Shown: piece after piece, positions 8,263-17,006 of the stretch
How positions within the stretch are numbered: position 1 is the stretch's first letter
Layout: each line of letters opens with the position of its first letter
Source of the DNA: an uncultured Candidatus Rokubacteria bacterium
GTDB taxonomy: Bacteria > Methylomirabilota > Methylomirabilia > Rokubacteriales > DASRDR01
Length of the DNA stretch: 64,000 bases
Assembly (NCBI GenBank): GCA_963826115.1
Contig: CAWGVS010000012.1
Coordinates: 480,001-544,000, forward strand
Reading direction: 5' to 3'
The notes under the pieces: generated by a model
Told to the model about the DNA's origin: nothing
Databases searched by the model: none
Seen by the model: only the letters and a program-made list of their open reading frames with translations
Program-made: the position numbers and the translations under genes

Positions 8263-9603
8263 GTGAGGGGCCGCTTCGCGCCCTCCGGGAGCGGTCCCGG
8301 GCTTGCTGGCGTCCTGACGATCCTGCTGGCGGCCGTGGGCCCTAGCTGGGTGCCCTCGAGCGCCGACGCGGCCTCCCCGGGCGTCTTCGATCCGGACGCG
8401 CCGCCCGAGACCCGATATCGCCTGGCGCCGTACCTCACCTTCGGGGCCGAGCTCAAGCTCGACTACGAGTACCGGACGAATCTCGGTCTGGACGACCGAC
8501 GCAACGGCGATGCTGCCCTCTCCACGCCGGAGCTGTCCCTGGCATTGTCGTTCGACCCCGATCCAAGGCTGCAGGCTTTCCTGAGCCTGACGCTCTCCCG
8601 TGACTTCGTGTGGAAGATTGAGGCCGGCGGATCCGAGCCAAGCGGGGACCCGACCCTGACAATCGAGGAGGCATTCCTCTGGGTCCACCTGCTCCCCGGC
8701 GGCTTCTCCCTTCAGATCGGCCGGCAGCGGTTCGAGGACGAGCGCCAGTGGCTCTACGACGCGGAGCTCGACGGCGTGCGGCTCCGGTACGAGCGCGGGG
8801 CCTTCGCGGTCGAGCTCTCGGCAAGCCGCGCTGGGTGGGTCCGGGAGAACGTGCTGAGCGGGCACACGCCGGAGCAAATCAACAACTACATGCTGTTCGC
8901 GGGCTACACTCCCCTCGAAGACCTGACGTTCGAGGCGTACGTGATCGCGCGCGACGACCAGGACGCCGATCGACGACGTCCCGTCTTCGTCGGCGTGCGG
9001 TCGCGGGGCGAGCCCATCGCCGATCTCGACTACTGGGTCGAGCTCGGCTACGTGGGGGGCCAGGACGGCTCGCGTCGAATCTCTGGCTGGGGCGTCGACC
9101 TCGGTGCCACCTACGAGTTCCAGGTGCCGCCGAAGCCGGCCCTGACGCTCGGCTTCGCCTTCGGCACCGGCGACGGGAACCCGAACGACGGGACCGACCG
9201 GACCTTCCGGCAAACGGGACTGCAGGAGAACGAGACCGATTTCGGGGGAGCCACCGACCTCAAGTACTACGGCGAGGTTCTCGATCCCGAGCTGAGCAAC
9301 CTCGCCATCCTCACGGCCGGGGTCGGGATCCGGCCGAGCGACCACGTGTCCCTGGACCTCATCTATCACTATTACCTCCAGCACCGGGCGTCGACGACCC
9401 TGCGCAACGCGGGGATCGACGTCGAGCCGTCCGGCCGGAGCCGACGGCTGGGGAGCGAGGTCGATCTGGTCCTCGGGATCGAGGACCTTCTCGGTCACCT
9501 GGACGTCCGGGCGGCGCTGGGTTACTTCTCGCCGGGCGCGGCCTTTCCGGAGCACGCTAGCGGCGCCTGGGTGGTGCGCACCGAGGTGCAGTTCCGCTTC
9601 TGA
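8263..9603 (+). CDS. Alginate-export (AlgE-like) outer-membrane beta-barrel protein
   Basis: Signal peptide, QIGRQRFEDERQWLYDAELDGVR, FAFGTGD, FRQTGLQENE, YYGEVLDPELSNL, LGSEVDL, C-terminal Phe. Confidence 0.85.
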   Translation: MRGRFAPSGSGPGLAGVLTILLAAVGPSWVPSSADAASPGVFDPDAPPETRYRLAPYLTFGAELKLDYEYRTNLGLDDRRNGDAALSTPELSLALSFDPDPRLQAFLSLTLSRDFVWKIEAGGSEPSGDPTLTIEEAFLWVHLLPGGFSLQIGRQRFEDERQWLYDAELDGVRLRYERGAFAVELSASRAGWVRENVLSGHTPEQINNYMLFAGYTPLEDLTFEAYVIARDDQDADRRRPVFVGVRSRGEPIADLDYWVELGYVGGQDGSRRISGWGVDLGATYEFQVPPKPALTLGFAFGTGDGNPNDGTDRTFRQTGLQENETDFGGATDLKYYGEVLDPELSNLAILTAGVGIRPSDHVSLDLIYHYYLQHRASTTLRNAGIDVEPSGRSRRLGSEVDLVLGIEDLLGHLDVRAALGYFSPGAAFPEHASGAWVVRTEVQFRF

Positions 9604-9609
9604 CCGCGG

Positions 9610-11067
9610 TTAGTCGGCGACGCGCCCCGAGAGTGTGACGCGGAACGTCCGGTCGGGGAAGAGCCGCGCCTCGATCTCGATGTCGAGCAGATCGGCGAGA
9701 GCGCGCACGAGCGCCAGCCCCAGGCCCACGCCGCGGGCGCCGGCGCGCGCCTCGTCCTTCCGCCAGAACCGATCGAACATCACACCGAGGTCCTGAGGCT
9801 CGAGACTCGGAGCTTGATTGCTGAAGCTCACCCGCGCACGCCCCGTCGCCTCTTCCGACGCGCACGCCACCGTCGTGCTCGGCGGGCTGTGGGCGACGGC
9901 GTTGATCAGGAGGTTCGACACTATCAGCGCGAACTTCTCTGGATCCGTCTCGAAGCAGAGCTCCCGCGAGATGTCCTGCCGGAGATCCAGCCCCTTCGCC
10001 GCCGCCTCGCGGGCCAGCGGCTTCCAGGCCGCGTCGACGACCTCCGCGACCGGCACCCGCGTCGCGAAGACCTGCTCGCGACCCGCGTCGTAGCGCGCCA
10101 GGGCCAAGAGGTGCGCGACCACCCGCTCCATCTGTCGGGCGATCGCGGCCGCATCCTCGAAGAACTGGCCGACCGTCGCTCGGTCCTCCGGCCAGCGGCC
10201 GCCGACCTCGCACAGGCTCCGCAGCTCGGCGATCGGTGTCTTGAGCTCGTGGGCGATGTCGCTCGACAGCTGACGTTCCCGGTTGAAGCCGGCCTCCAGG
10301 CGACCGAGCAGGGCGTTGACCTGCTCGATGACCACGGCGATCTCCTCGGGCGGCTTCTCCAACGCGACGCGCGCGTCAAGGGACGTCACGTCGAGCGCCC
10401 GCACCTGGCCCGTCAGCCGGTCCAGGGAGCGGAGCCCCGCCCGCAGCGCGACCTGCATGAGCGCGGCGAGGGCCGCCAGGAGCCCGATACCCAGACCCGC
10501 CAGGGACAGCTCCAGGCCGTGGATGCTCGCATCGAGCTGCTCCCGCTCTCGCGCGACGAGCAGCGTTGCGGCCACCGGGCTCGGCGGAACGGACGGGGCG
10601 GCGGCCTCCTTCGCGTCGGCCGGGGCGTCGTCCGTGTCGAGACGTGGAACGAAGTCGGTCTGCACCTGCCGGCCCCGGCGGCCGTCCGGCAGGGTCACGT
10701 CCTGGAAGCGCGGCAGCGTGGCGGGACGGGACCCCTTGAGGAGGTTCGTACGTCGCGTCGCGTCACTCTGATCGAAGGACGGGGAGCGTCGGAGGAGGGA
10801 GCCGTCCGCGAGCCAGAGCTCGAAGTACTCGGGGCGGGCGCCCGGGCCGAACTGGGGCATGACCTCGCTCTCGAAATCGAACTCCACGAGGTCACCCTCC
10901 TGGTCCGTGAGCGCGATCAGCCCGGTCGCCTCGGCCAGGAGCGCCCGGTCGAACTCCTTCTGCAGTGAGTCAGCGACGATCGTCCGGAGCACCAGCCCGG
11001 CGACGAGCAGGGGGAGCGCGGCGCCCCCGAGCAGGTGGACGAACAGCCGCGTGCGGAGCGACCGCAT
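9610..11067 (-). CDS. Membrane sensor histidine kinase (CusS/QseC-like)
   Basis: Two TM helices, HAMP, H-box DIAHELKTPI, N-box NLLINAV, FDRFWR, GLGLAL. Confidence 0.95.
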   Translation of the reverse strand: MRSLRTRLFVHLLGGAALPLLVAGLVLRTIVADSLQKEFDRALLAEATGLIALTDQEGDLVEFDFESEVMPQFGPGARPEYFELWLADGSLLRRSPSFDQSDATRRTNLLKGSRPATLPRFQDVTLPDGRRGRQVQTDFVPRLDTDDAPADAKEAAAPSVPPSPVAATLLVAREREQLDASIHGLELSLAGLGIGLLAALAALMQVALRAGLRSLDRLTGQVRALDVTSLDARVALEKPPEEIAVVIEQVNALLGRLEAGFNRERQLSSDIAHELKTPIAELRSLCEVGGRWPEDRATVGQFFEDAAAIARQMERVVAHLLALARYDAGREQVFATRVPVAEVVDAAWKPLAREAAAKGLDLRQDISRELCFETDPEKFALIVSNLLINAVAHSPPSTTVACASEEATGRARVSFSNQAPSLEPQDLGVMFDRFWRKDEARAGARGVGLGLALVRALADLLDIEIEARLFPDRTFRVTLSGRVAD

Positions 11068-11733
11068 CTATTCGACGAAGTAGCCGAAACCCCGGCGGGT
11101 CTGGAGGATCGGAGGCTCCCCTCGAACGTGAATCTTCCGGCGAAGGCCGGAGACCAGGACCTCGACGACGTTGCTGGACACCTCCGAGTCGCTCCGGTGC
11201 AGGTGCTCGACCAGCTGCCCCTGCGAGAAGACACGACCGCGCTGGTAGGCGAGGAACTCCAGTAACGCATACTCGCTCGGCGTCAGATGCAGGATGTCGC
11301 CCCGTCGCGAGACCTCGCGGCGAGCGGCGTCGATCTCGAGCGACCCCAGACGGATGATCGGGTTCTTCGCCTGATGCCGGCGCCGGACGAGCGCCTGGAT
11401 GCGCGCGCAGAGCTCCTCGAACGCAAAGGGCTTGACGAGGTAGTCGTCGGCGCCCAGCTGGAGGCCCTTCACCCGGTCGTCCACGCGGTCGCGCGCCGAC
11501 AGGATGAGCACGTGCGCGCGGCAGCCTCCAGTCCGGAACCGTCGGAGGACCTCCAGGCCAGACAGCCCGGGCAGCATCAGGTCGAGCACGATCACGTCGT
11601 AGTCGTACGTCTCAGCGAGGGCGAGCCCGTTCTCGCCGTCACTGGCCAAGTCGACGGCGTAGCCGAGCTTCTTCAGGCCCTGGCTCAGGGACCGCAGGAG
11701 CCGCTGGGAATCGTCGACCAGCAGGATCTTCAC
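11068..11733 (-). CDS. OmpR-family DNA-binding response regulator
   Basis: KILLVDD, VLDLMLP, GADDYLVKPF, LTPSEYALL, TRRGFGY; start re-called to GTG 11733. Confidence 0.95.
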   Translation of the reverse strand: MKILLVDDSQRLLRSLSQGLKKLGYAVDLASDGENGLALAETYDYDVIVLDLMLPGLSGLEVLRRFRTGGCRAHVLILSARDRVDDRVKGLQLGADDYLVKPFAFEELCARIQALVRRRHQAKNPIIRLGSLEIDAARREVSRRGDILHLTPSEYALLEFLAYQRGRVFSQGQLVEHLHRSDSEVSSNVVEVLVSGLRRKIHVRGEPPILQTRRGFGYFVE

Positions 11734-11942
11734 TGACTTCGCGACGGCCGCCGCACCAACATGCCCGGAGGCGTGAGACGGGACGCCGGGAGCACCCCCT
11801 CGCCAGGCCGATTCACGCTGCGCTCCCAAGGTAAGCGAGGAGCGGAGCCCGGGGCAACGTGCCGGGGCCGACGGCCCGGTCGCTCCGAGCCGACCGGGCC
11901 GCGCGCCACACCGCGAAAGAGACCCCGGACGGCGGGGCGGTT

Positions 11943-12719
11943 CTAGTCGTCTTCTCCGTCGGCGCCGGCGACGTCGAAGTCGACCAGCTTGACCACGCCG
12001 TCCACGACGAGCCCGATCTCGGGGCAGTAGCGCTTGATGCTGACGGCGCCGGGCTCGAGCGGCGTCGTCTCCTTCACCTCCACGCAGTCCTTGAACGTGC
12101 CTGCGGGGGTCTTCAGCGTGAGCCCCATCTTGGTGTGCTCGGCTCGGTCCAGGGCCACCGGCGACGCCAGCTCCTGGAAGTACCGGGACCCGAGGAGAAA
12201 GGTGCCAGGCATGATCAGGCCCGGAAGCGCCCGGGCCGTGCCCGCCAGCCAGGCGCCTTCATGGCTGACGATGATCTGCCCTTCCTCATCGTAGATGTCC
12301 ACTTCCTCGCCGAAGTAGAAGATGTCCCCCGTCTGAACGCAACGCGCGTAGAAGTTGCGCGAGACCTCGACGAGCTTCCCGCTCCTCCACTCCCGCTCCT
12401 CCACGACCCGGGCGGTCACGGTCAAGGACTCCCCTTCCTCGGTGAGGAACACGATCGGCTTCGTCTGGTTGAGGACCGTGATCTGCAGGCGTACCAGCTC
12501 TCCGTCCTCGATGCCCTCGAGCACGAGGCGATCGGCCGGCCGAATGCTGAAGTGGAGATTGCGACCCGTGGACGAGAACGTGCACTCGTCCAGCGCAAAT
12601 CTGGTCGTGTACTGAACGGCCGCCCAGGCCGTCCCCGCTAGAACACCGAGGCCGATGACCACGAGTGTCCGAGCCAGGGCTGGACCTCTCCGCCGCCAAT
12701 TCGTCCGCCCCTGTCCCAT
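11943..12719 (-). CDS. Secreted conserved hypothetical protein
   Basis: SD AAGGAGA, signal peptide ending TAWA, beta-rich body (VEVSRNFYA, YFGEEVDIY, HEGAWLAG, TPAGTF, ETTPLEPG). Confidence 0.8.
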   Translation of the reverse strand: MGQGRTNWRRRGPALARTLVVIGLGVLAGTAWAAVQYTTRFALDECTFSSTGRNLHFSIRPADRLVLEGIEDGELVRLQITVLNQTKPIVFLTEEGESLTVTARVVEEREWRSGKLVEVSRNFYARCVQTGDIFYFGEEVDIYDEEGQIIVSHEGAWLAGTARALPGLIMPGTFLLGSRYFQELASPVALDRAEHTKMGLTLKTPAGTFKDCVEVKETTPLEPGAVSIKRYCPEIGLVVDGVVKLVDFDVAGADGEDD

Positions 12720-12788
12720 GAGCCGTCTCCTTTTCCGGGAGGGGCATCTCGCGAAGGCCCCGCCCCGCCGGCATCGTGCCCGCCTAGC

Positions 12789-12808
12789 CTGAGGATTGGC
12801 TGAGGATC
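12789..12808 (-). promoter_or_regulatory. Direct-repeat box GATCCTCAGCCAATCCTCAG, copy 1
   Basis: ATCCTCAG-N3-ATCCTCAG about 70 nt upstream of ATG 12719; identical to 13859-13878 on the opposite strand. Confidence 0.75.
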
Positions 12809-12922
12809 TCGCCTCTTTCCGGCGGTCGGCTCCCCGGCCGGAGCCGAACGGGATGGCGAGGGCCGCCCCCCAGCGGGGCAAGGTCATCGGCCCCACCATC
12901 CGGGAACCGGGATGGGACCGGT

Positions 12923-13681
12923 CTACCTCGGGGGCTTGGCTACGACCGCGTCGGACGGCGGGGCATGCAGGAACCGGCCGGCGCTCAGCACGACCTGGTC
13001 GAATCCGACCCCTTCCATCCCCGCCTGGATCCGCACCGTGACCTCTCCGCTCGTGCGGAAATAGACGTGCGGCTCCAGGGAGGCGACGTCCGCCGGGGCG
13101 CACCCCACCCACGTCCAGCCCTCGCGCGCCGGCCCTTGCGCGACGAGATAGCTCCCCGTGCCCGGCCTGAGGACGTCCCGATTCTCGCGATCGACGGCAT
13201 TGGTGAACTGCACGTAGAGCAGATTCGCCTGGGCCTTGCCCATGGGCTTGCCCACCTTCATGTGAATCCAGCAGCGGTAGGGCACGCCTCGCTGCACCCG
13301 GACCCTGAAGCGCACGTGAGGATCATCCTCCGGAGGCGGATCCAGTTCGTCGCCGGTATTCGGCGTTCCGACCAGTCTGCCGCCGGGCGAGACCGGGTCG
13401 TTCCAGAACTCGAACTCGTGGAGCGCCCCCCTCGGCAAGTCGGACACGTGGACGACGACCTCGGGTGGGGATCCTTCCGGTGGCGACGTCTGGCCGAACG
13501 CCGGCGCGGCCGTCATCGTGAGCCCGAGCAGCGCTATTCCGGCGTGGACGAGCGGAAGCGCCGACATCCCGGACCAGACCGTCGCACTCCGCCGGGGCCG
13601 GGGACTGAGCCGAGACCCACGCGTCACCGGGCCGCCGAGCCGGTCCAGAGCCGCTAGGATACGCGGGCGCATCGTCGCCAT
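12923..13681 (-). CDS. Secreted hypothetical protein, possible jelly-roll/CBM-like domain
   Basis: SD GGAGGAG before MATMRP; signal-like segment ALLGLTMTAAPAFG; YRCWIHMK, WTWV, GVGFDQVVLS; start uncertain. Confidence 0.7.
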   Translation of the reverse strand: MATMRPRILAALDRLGGPVTRGSRLSPRPRRSATVWSGMSALPLVHAGIALLGLTMTAAPAFGQTSPPEGSPPEVVVHVSDLPRGALHEFEFWNDPVSPGGRLVGTPNTGDELDPPPEDDPHVRFRVRVQRGVPYRCWIHMKVGKPMGKAQANLLYVQFTNAVDRENRDVLRPGTGSYLVAQGPAREGWTWVGCAPADVASLEPHVYFRTSGEVTVRIQAGMEGVGFDQVVLSAGRFLHAPPSDAVVAKPPR

Positions 13682-13858
13682 CGTAGGCTCCTCCGCCCCC
13701 AAGAAGGCACCGGGCTCAGGAAGGCGGGCCCTTCCAGGGTAAGCCAGCGCAACGCTCCGTCGCCACCCCGGGAACGCCATCGAGGCGAGCGGGCGGCCGC
13801 GCCCCGTGCCCCGCCAGCGTGGCCGAGCGCCGCGTTCGCCCAGCGGACAAGGGCCCGC

Positions 13859-13878
13859 GATCCTCAGCCAATCCTCAG
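13859..13878 (+). promoter_or_regulatory. Direct-repeat box GATCCTCAGCCAATCCTCAG, copy 2
   Basis: Exact 20/20 match to copy 1; about 65 nt upstream of ATG 13943. Confidence 0.75.
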
Positions 13879-13942
13879 ATTGCCCAGGCAACGTGATGGG
13901 GAACTCGACCTCACACGAATGATCTCGGGAGGAGGCGCGGCC

Positions 13943-14437
13943 ATGCCAAATCGGATCGGTCGGTTCACGGCTATCCTGGCACTTGCCGTTGGAGTGGCAA
14001 TCCTTGTCGGCGGTTGCGGAACCTCGGGGGGCGGGGAGGGATCCAGCGTCAGCGTCGCGCTCGAGGACCTGCCGGATGCGCCGCGCGCCACGGTGAAGAA
14101 GTTGACCGCCGGCGGGCGGATCGAACGGATCGACAAGGAGGTCGAGGACGGCCGCGTCGTCTACGACGTCGAGGCGACGGTCGGCGGCAAGCACACGGAG
14201 TTCCTGGTGGCCGACTCCGACGGCGCAGTCCTGGAAACGGAGACCAGCGTGGACTTCGGCCAGCTGCCGGCCACGGTCCGCGCCGCGGCGGCCCAGTACT
14301 TCGACACTACCGCCGGCCTGACGGCGCTGAAGAAGGACGCGTTCAACCAGGTCTCCTACGAGATCAGCGGCACCCGGAACGGGAAGTCCGCCGAGGCGAC
14401 GTTCGACCCGACGGGTCGGATCCTCGAAACCGGGTAG
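13943..14437 (+). CDS. PepSY-like tandem-repeat lipoprotein
   Basis: SD GGAGGAGG; lipobox VGGC; two repeats (LPDAPRATV...VYDVEA...DGAVLE and LPATVRAA...SYEISG...DPTGRILE). Confidence 0.8.
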   Translation: MPNRIGRFTAILALAVGVAILVGGCGTSGGGEGSSVSVALEDLPDAPRATVKKLTAGGRIERIDKEVEDGRVVYDVEATVGGKHTEFLVADSDGAVLETETSVDFGQLPATVRAAAAQYFDTTAGLTALKKDAFNQVSYEISGTRNGKSAEATFDPTGRILETG

Positions 14438-14451
14438 GATCCTCGAAATGT

Positions 14452-14484
14452 CGACGGCGCGGCGGCCAAGCCGCCGCGCGTCGC
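14452..14484 (+). terminator. GC-rich hairpin after the PepSY-like gene
   Basis: CGACG-GCGCGGCGGC-CAA-GCCGCCGCGC-GTCG; no U-tract. Confidence 0.4.
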
Positions 14485-14765
14485 CATCGCTCCACATGTG
14501 CCCGGCGCCGGCCGGCGGGGCTCCGCCGCCCCGAAGGAGGAGGGGCCGGGGCTCGTCGCCGCAGGGCTGCCCTCGCGCCGGTGTGAATCCCTCCGAGTGA
14601 CGCGTGCCTGGCAAGCTGCCCTTTAGTCGCGACCCGGCCAGCTTGACACGCGGACGCGCCTCTGGGGAGAATCGTTCCTCTTCGCGGGGTCCTGATCGAG
14701 TCCGGGAGAACCGCGCAAATTGCCATGGCCACCGTCGGCGCGATCGCGTAGCAGGGGGGACGACC

Positions 14766-15719
14766 CTGAGCCCGCGGTCCGCCGGCTCTCCGACCCCGGT
14801 CGACGTCGTCGGCCTGGGGACGAACGCCCTCGACCTCCTCGGCGTCATCGACGGCCATCCGGTCCCCGACACGAAGTCGCCGCTCCGCCAGTTCGAGATC
14901 CAGGGCGGCGGCATGATCGCGACGGCGATGGTGGCCTGCGCGCGGCTCGGTCTCCGCGCCCGCTACGTCGGCAAGTTCGGCGACGACTACTGGGCGCGGC
15001 TCGGCCGGCGCCTCCTCGCCCGCGACGGGGTGGACGTGCGCTGGGCGCTCCGCGCGCGCGGGAGCGTCGGCCACGTCAGCATCATGCTGATCGACGCCCG
15101 CACCGGCCTCCGGACGGGGTTCTACCGGCGGCCGCCCGCCTACGACATCCGGCCCGAGGAGCTCGACCGCCGGGTCATCACCTCCGGCCGGCTCCTCCAC
15201 GTGGACGGCGTGGACGCGCCCTCCGCCGCGGTCGCCGTGCGCTGGGCGAAGGAGGCCGGCCTGCGGGTCACGATGGACGGGGAGCGCGTGGTGCCCGGCA
15301 TCGACGCGGTGTGGCCGGGCGTGGATCTCCTCGCCTGCAACCCGCGCTTCGTCACCCAGGTGAGCGGTCGCGACGACCTGGAGGAGGGCCTCGCCGCGCT
15401 GGCGGCGCGGGGCCCCGCGCGGGTCGCGGCCACGCTGGCCGAGGCGGGCGCCATCGGGCTCGAGGGCGGACGCGTCGTCCGGGCGCCCGGCTTCCCGGTG
15501 CCGGTGGTCGACACGAACGGCGCCGGCGACGTCTTCCACGGGGCCTGCGTCGTCGGCGAGCTCCGGGGGTGGCCCTTCGAGTGGACGCTCACCTTCGCCA
15601 ACGCGGTGGCGGCGATGAAGTGCCGCACGCTGGGCGGTCGGCGGGGGATCCCGCGCCTCGACGAGGTCGCGGCCTTCCTGGACGCGCGCGGCCACCGGGA
15701 GCTGGCGGCGGCGCTCTAG
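14766..15719 (+). CDS. PfkB-family carbohydrate kinase (YihV/sulfofructose kinase-like)
   Basis: DVVGLG, GGGMIATAMVACARLG, GKFGDD, VVDTNGAGDVFHGA; start uncertain (CTG 14766 after GGGGGGA). Confidence 0.88.
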   Translation: MSPRSAGSPTPVDVVGLGTNALDLLGVIDGHPVPDTKSPLRQFEIQGGGMIATAMVACARLGLRARYVGKFGDDYWARLGRRLLARDGVDVRWALRARGSVGHVSIMLIDARTGLRTGFYRRPPAYDIRPEELDRRVITSGRLLHVDGVDAPSAAVAVRWAKEAGLRVTMDGERVVPGIDAVWPGVDLLACNPRFVTQVSGRDDLEEGLAALAARGPARVAATLAEAGAIGLEGGRVVRAPGFPVPVVDTNGAGDVFHGACVVGELRGWPFEWTLTFANAVAAMKCRTLGGRRGIPRLDEVAAFLDARGHRELAAAL

Positions 15720-15754
15720 CGTCGAGCGCGGCGCGCGGCGGAGCGCGCTGCGCG

Positions 15755-15785
15755 CGGGGGCCGCGTCACGCGGACGCGGCCCCCG
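15755..15785. terminator. Hairpin between convergent genes
   Basis: CGGGGGCCGCGT-N7-ACGCGGCCCCCG. Confidence 0.5.
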
Positions 15786-15797
15786 GCACAGAACGGG

Positions 15798-17006
15798 CTA
15801 CTTCTTGCTGGCGTCGAAGATCTCGCCGAAGAGCACCCAGCGCTCGCCGTCGAACTTCGCCAGCTGCTCCTGCTCGATCGGGTAGAAGTCCGTCGGGCTC
15901 GTGTTGATCTTGATGCCCGGAAGGAGCATCGGGACGACGAAGTCCTTCAGACTCGCGGCCTGCTTCATGACGTTGGCGCGCGACAGGTCGTTGCCGGCCT
16001 GCTTCAGCACCTGGACCATCGTCTGGGCCACCGAGTAGCCGTAGACGTTGAAGGCGTCCGTCTTGTTCCCGTCCGGGTAGTACTTGTCCATGAACACGAC
16101 CCAGTCCTTGTAGCCCTGGTCGTTCTTCCACTGGGGATCGGTCGGGTCCTTCAGGTACTGGACGGTGATCAGCCCCTTCGACGCGTCCAGGCCCGCCGGC
16201 TTCAGCACCGCGCCCACCGAGGCGGACACGTTGTTCAGGAGGTGGATCGGCTTCCAGCCGATGTCCGCCGCCTTCTTGATCGCCTGCGCCGCGAACTTCG
16301 GCGTGGTGACGTTGAAGAACACGTTGGCGCCGCTGTTCTTCAGGTTGACGATCTGCGAGTCGACGGTCGGATCGGTGACCTCGTACGACTGCTCGAGCAC
16401 GATCGCCTTCTTGGCGACATCGCCGAGGCCGTCCTTGAATCCCTTGAGGTAGTCCTTCCCGTAGTCGTCGTTCTGGTAGAGGATCCCGACCTTCCCGTCG
16501 GGGACGTTCTTCAGCACGTACTGGGCGTAGATGTGCGCCTCGGCCTGGTAGTTGGGCTGCCAGCCCATCGTCCACGGATGACCCTTGGGGTCACCCCACT
16601 TCGTCGCCCCGGTGGCCACGAACAGCTGCGGCACCTGCTCGTCGTTCATGTACTTGTGGATGGCGCTGTTGGACGGTGTGCCGAGGGTCTGGAAGAGGAG
16701 CAGCACCTGGTCCTGCTCGACGAGCTTCCGGACCATCTCGACCGCCTTCGGCGGGCTGTAGGCGTCGTCGAGCGTGACGAAGTTGATCTTGCGCCCGTTG
16801 ATGCCGCCCTCCTCGTTCACCTTCTTGAAGTAGGCGCCGATCGATTTCCCGATGGTGCCGTACGCGGAGGCCGGGCCGCTGTAGGGGTTGGTGTTGCCGA
16901 GCTTGATCTCGGTCGCGGTCACCCCCGGATCGGCCGCCAGCGCGGCTCCGGCCAGGCCGAGCGCGACGATCAGCGACAGCGCGAGCATCGTCCTACGTGT
17001 GCACAT
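15798..17006 (-). CDS. Branched-chain amino acid ABC transporter substrate-binding protein (LivJ/K family)
   Basis: Signal peptide, PYSGPASAYG, GGINGRKI, DDAYSPP, YQNDDYGKD; SD AAAGGGGG. Confidence 0.95.
   Translation of the reverse strand: MCTRRTMLALSLIVALGLAGAALAADPGVTATEIKLGNTNPYSGPASAYGTIGKSIGAYFKKVNEEGGINGRKINFVTLDDAYSPPKAVEMVRKLVEQDQVLLLFQTLGTPSNSAIHKYMNDEQVPQLFVATGATKWGDPKGHPWTMGWQPNYQAEAHIYAQYVLKNVPDGKVGILYQNDDYGKDYLKGFKDGLGDVAKKAIVLEQSYEVTDPTVDSQIVNLKNSGANVFFNVTTPKFAAQAIKKAADIGWKPIHLLNNVSASVGAVLKPAGLDASKGLITVQYLKDPTDPQWKNDQGYKDWVVFMDKYYPDGNKTDAFNVYGYSVAQTMVQVLKQAGNDLSRANVMKQAASLKDFVVPMLLPGIKINTSPTDFYPIEQEQLAKFDGERWVLFGEIFDASKK

Noticed and set aside
8263-9603. Alginate biosynthesis locus
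   Set aside because: Only an AlgE-like barrel is present; no alg8, alg44, algK or algD homologs nearby
8000-14640. Calling the accessory block a mobile element or prophage
   Set aside because: No integrase, transposase, tRNA target or matching terminal repeats seen; only composition and gene content suggest acquisition
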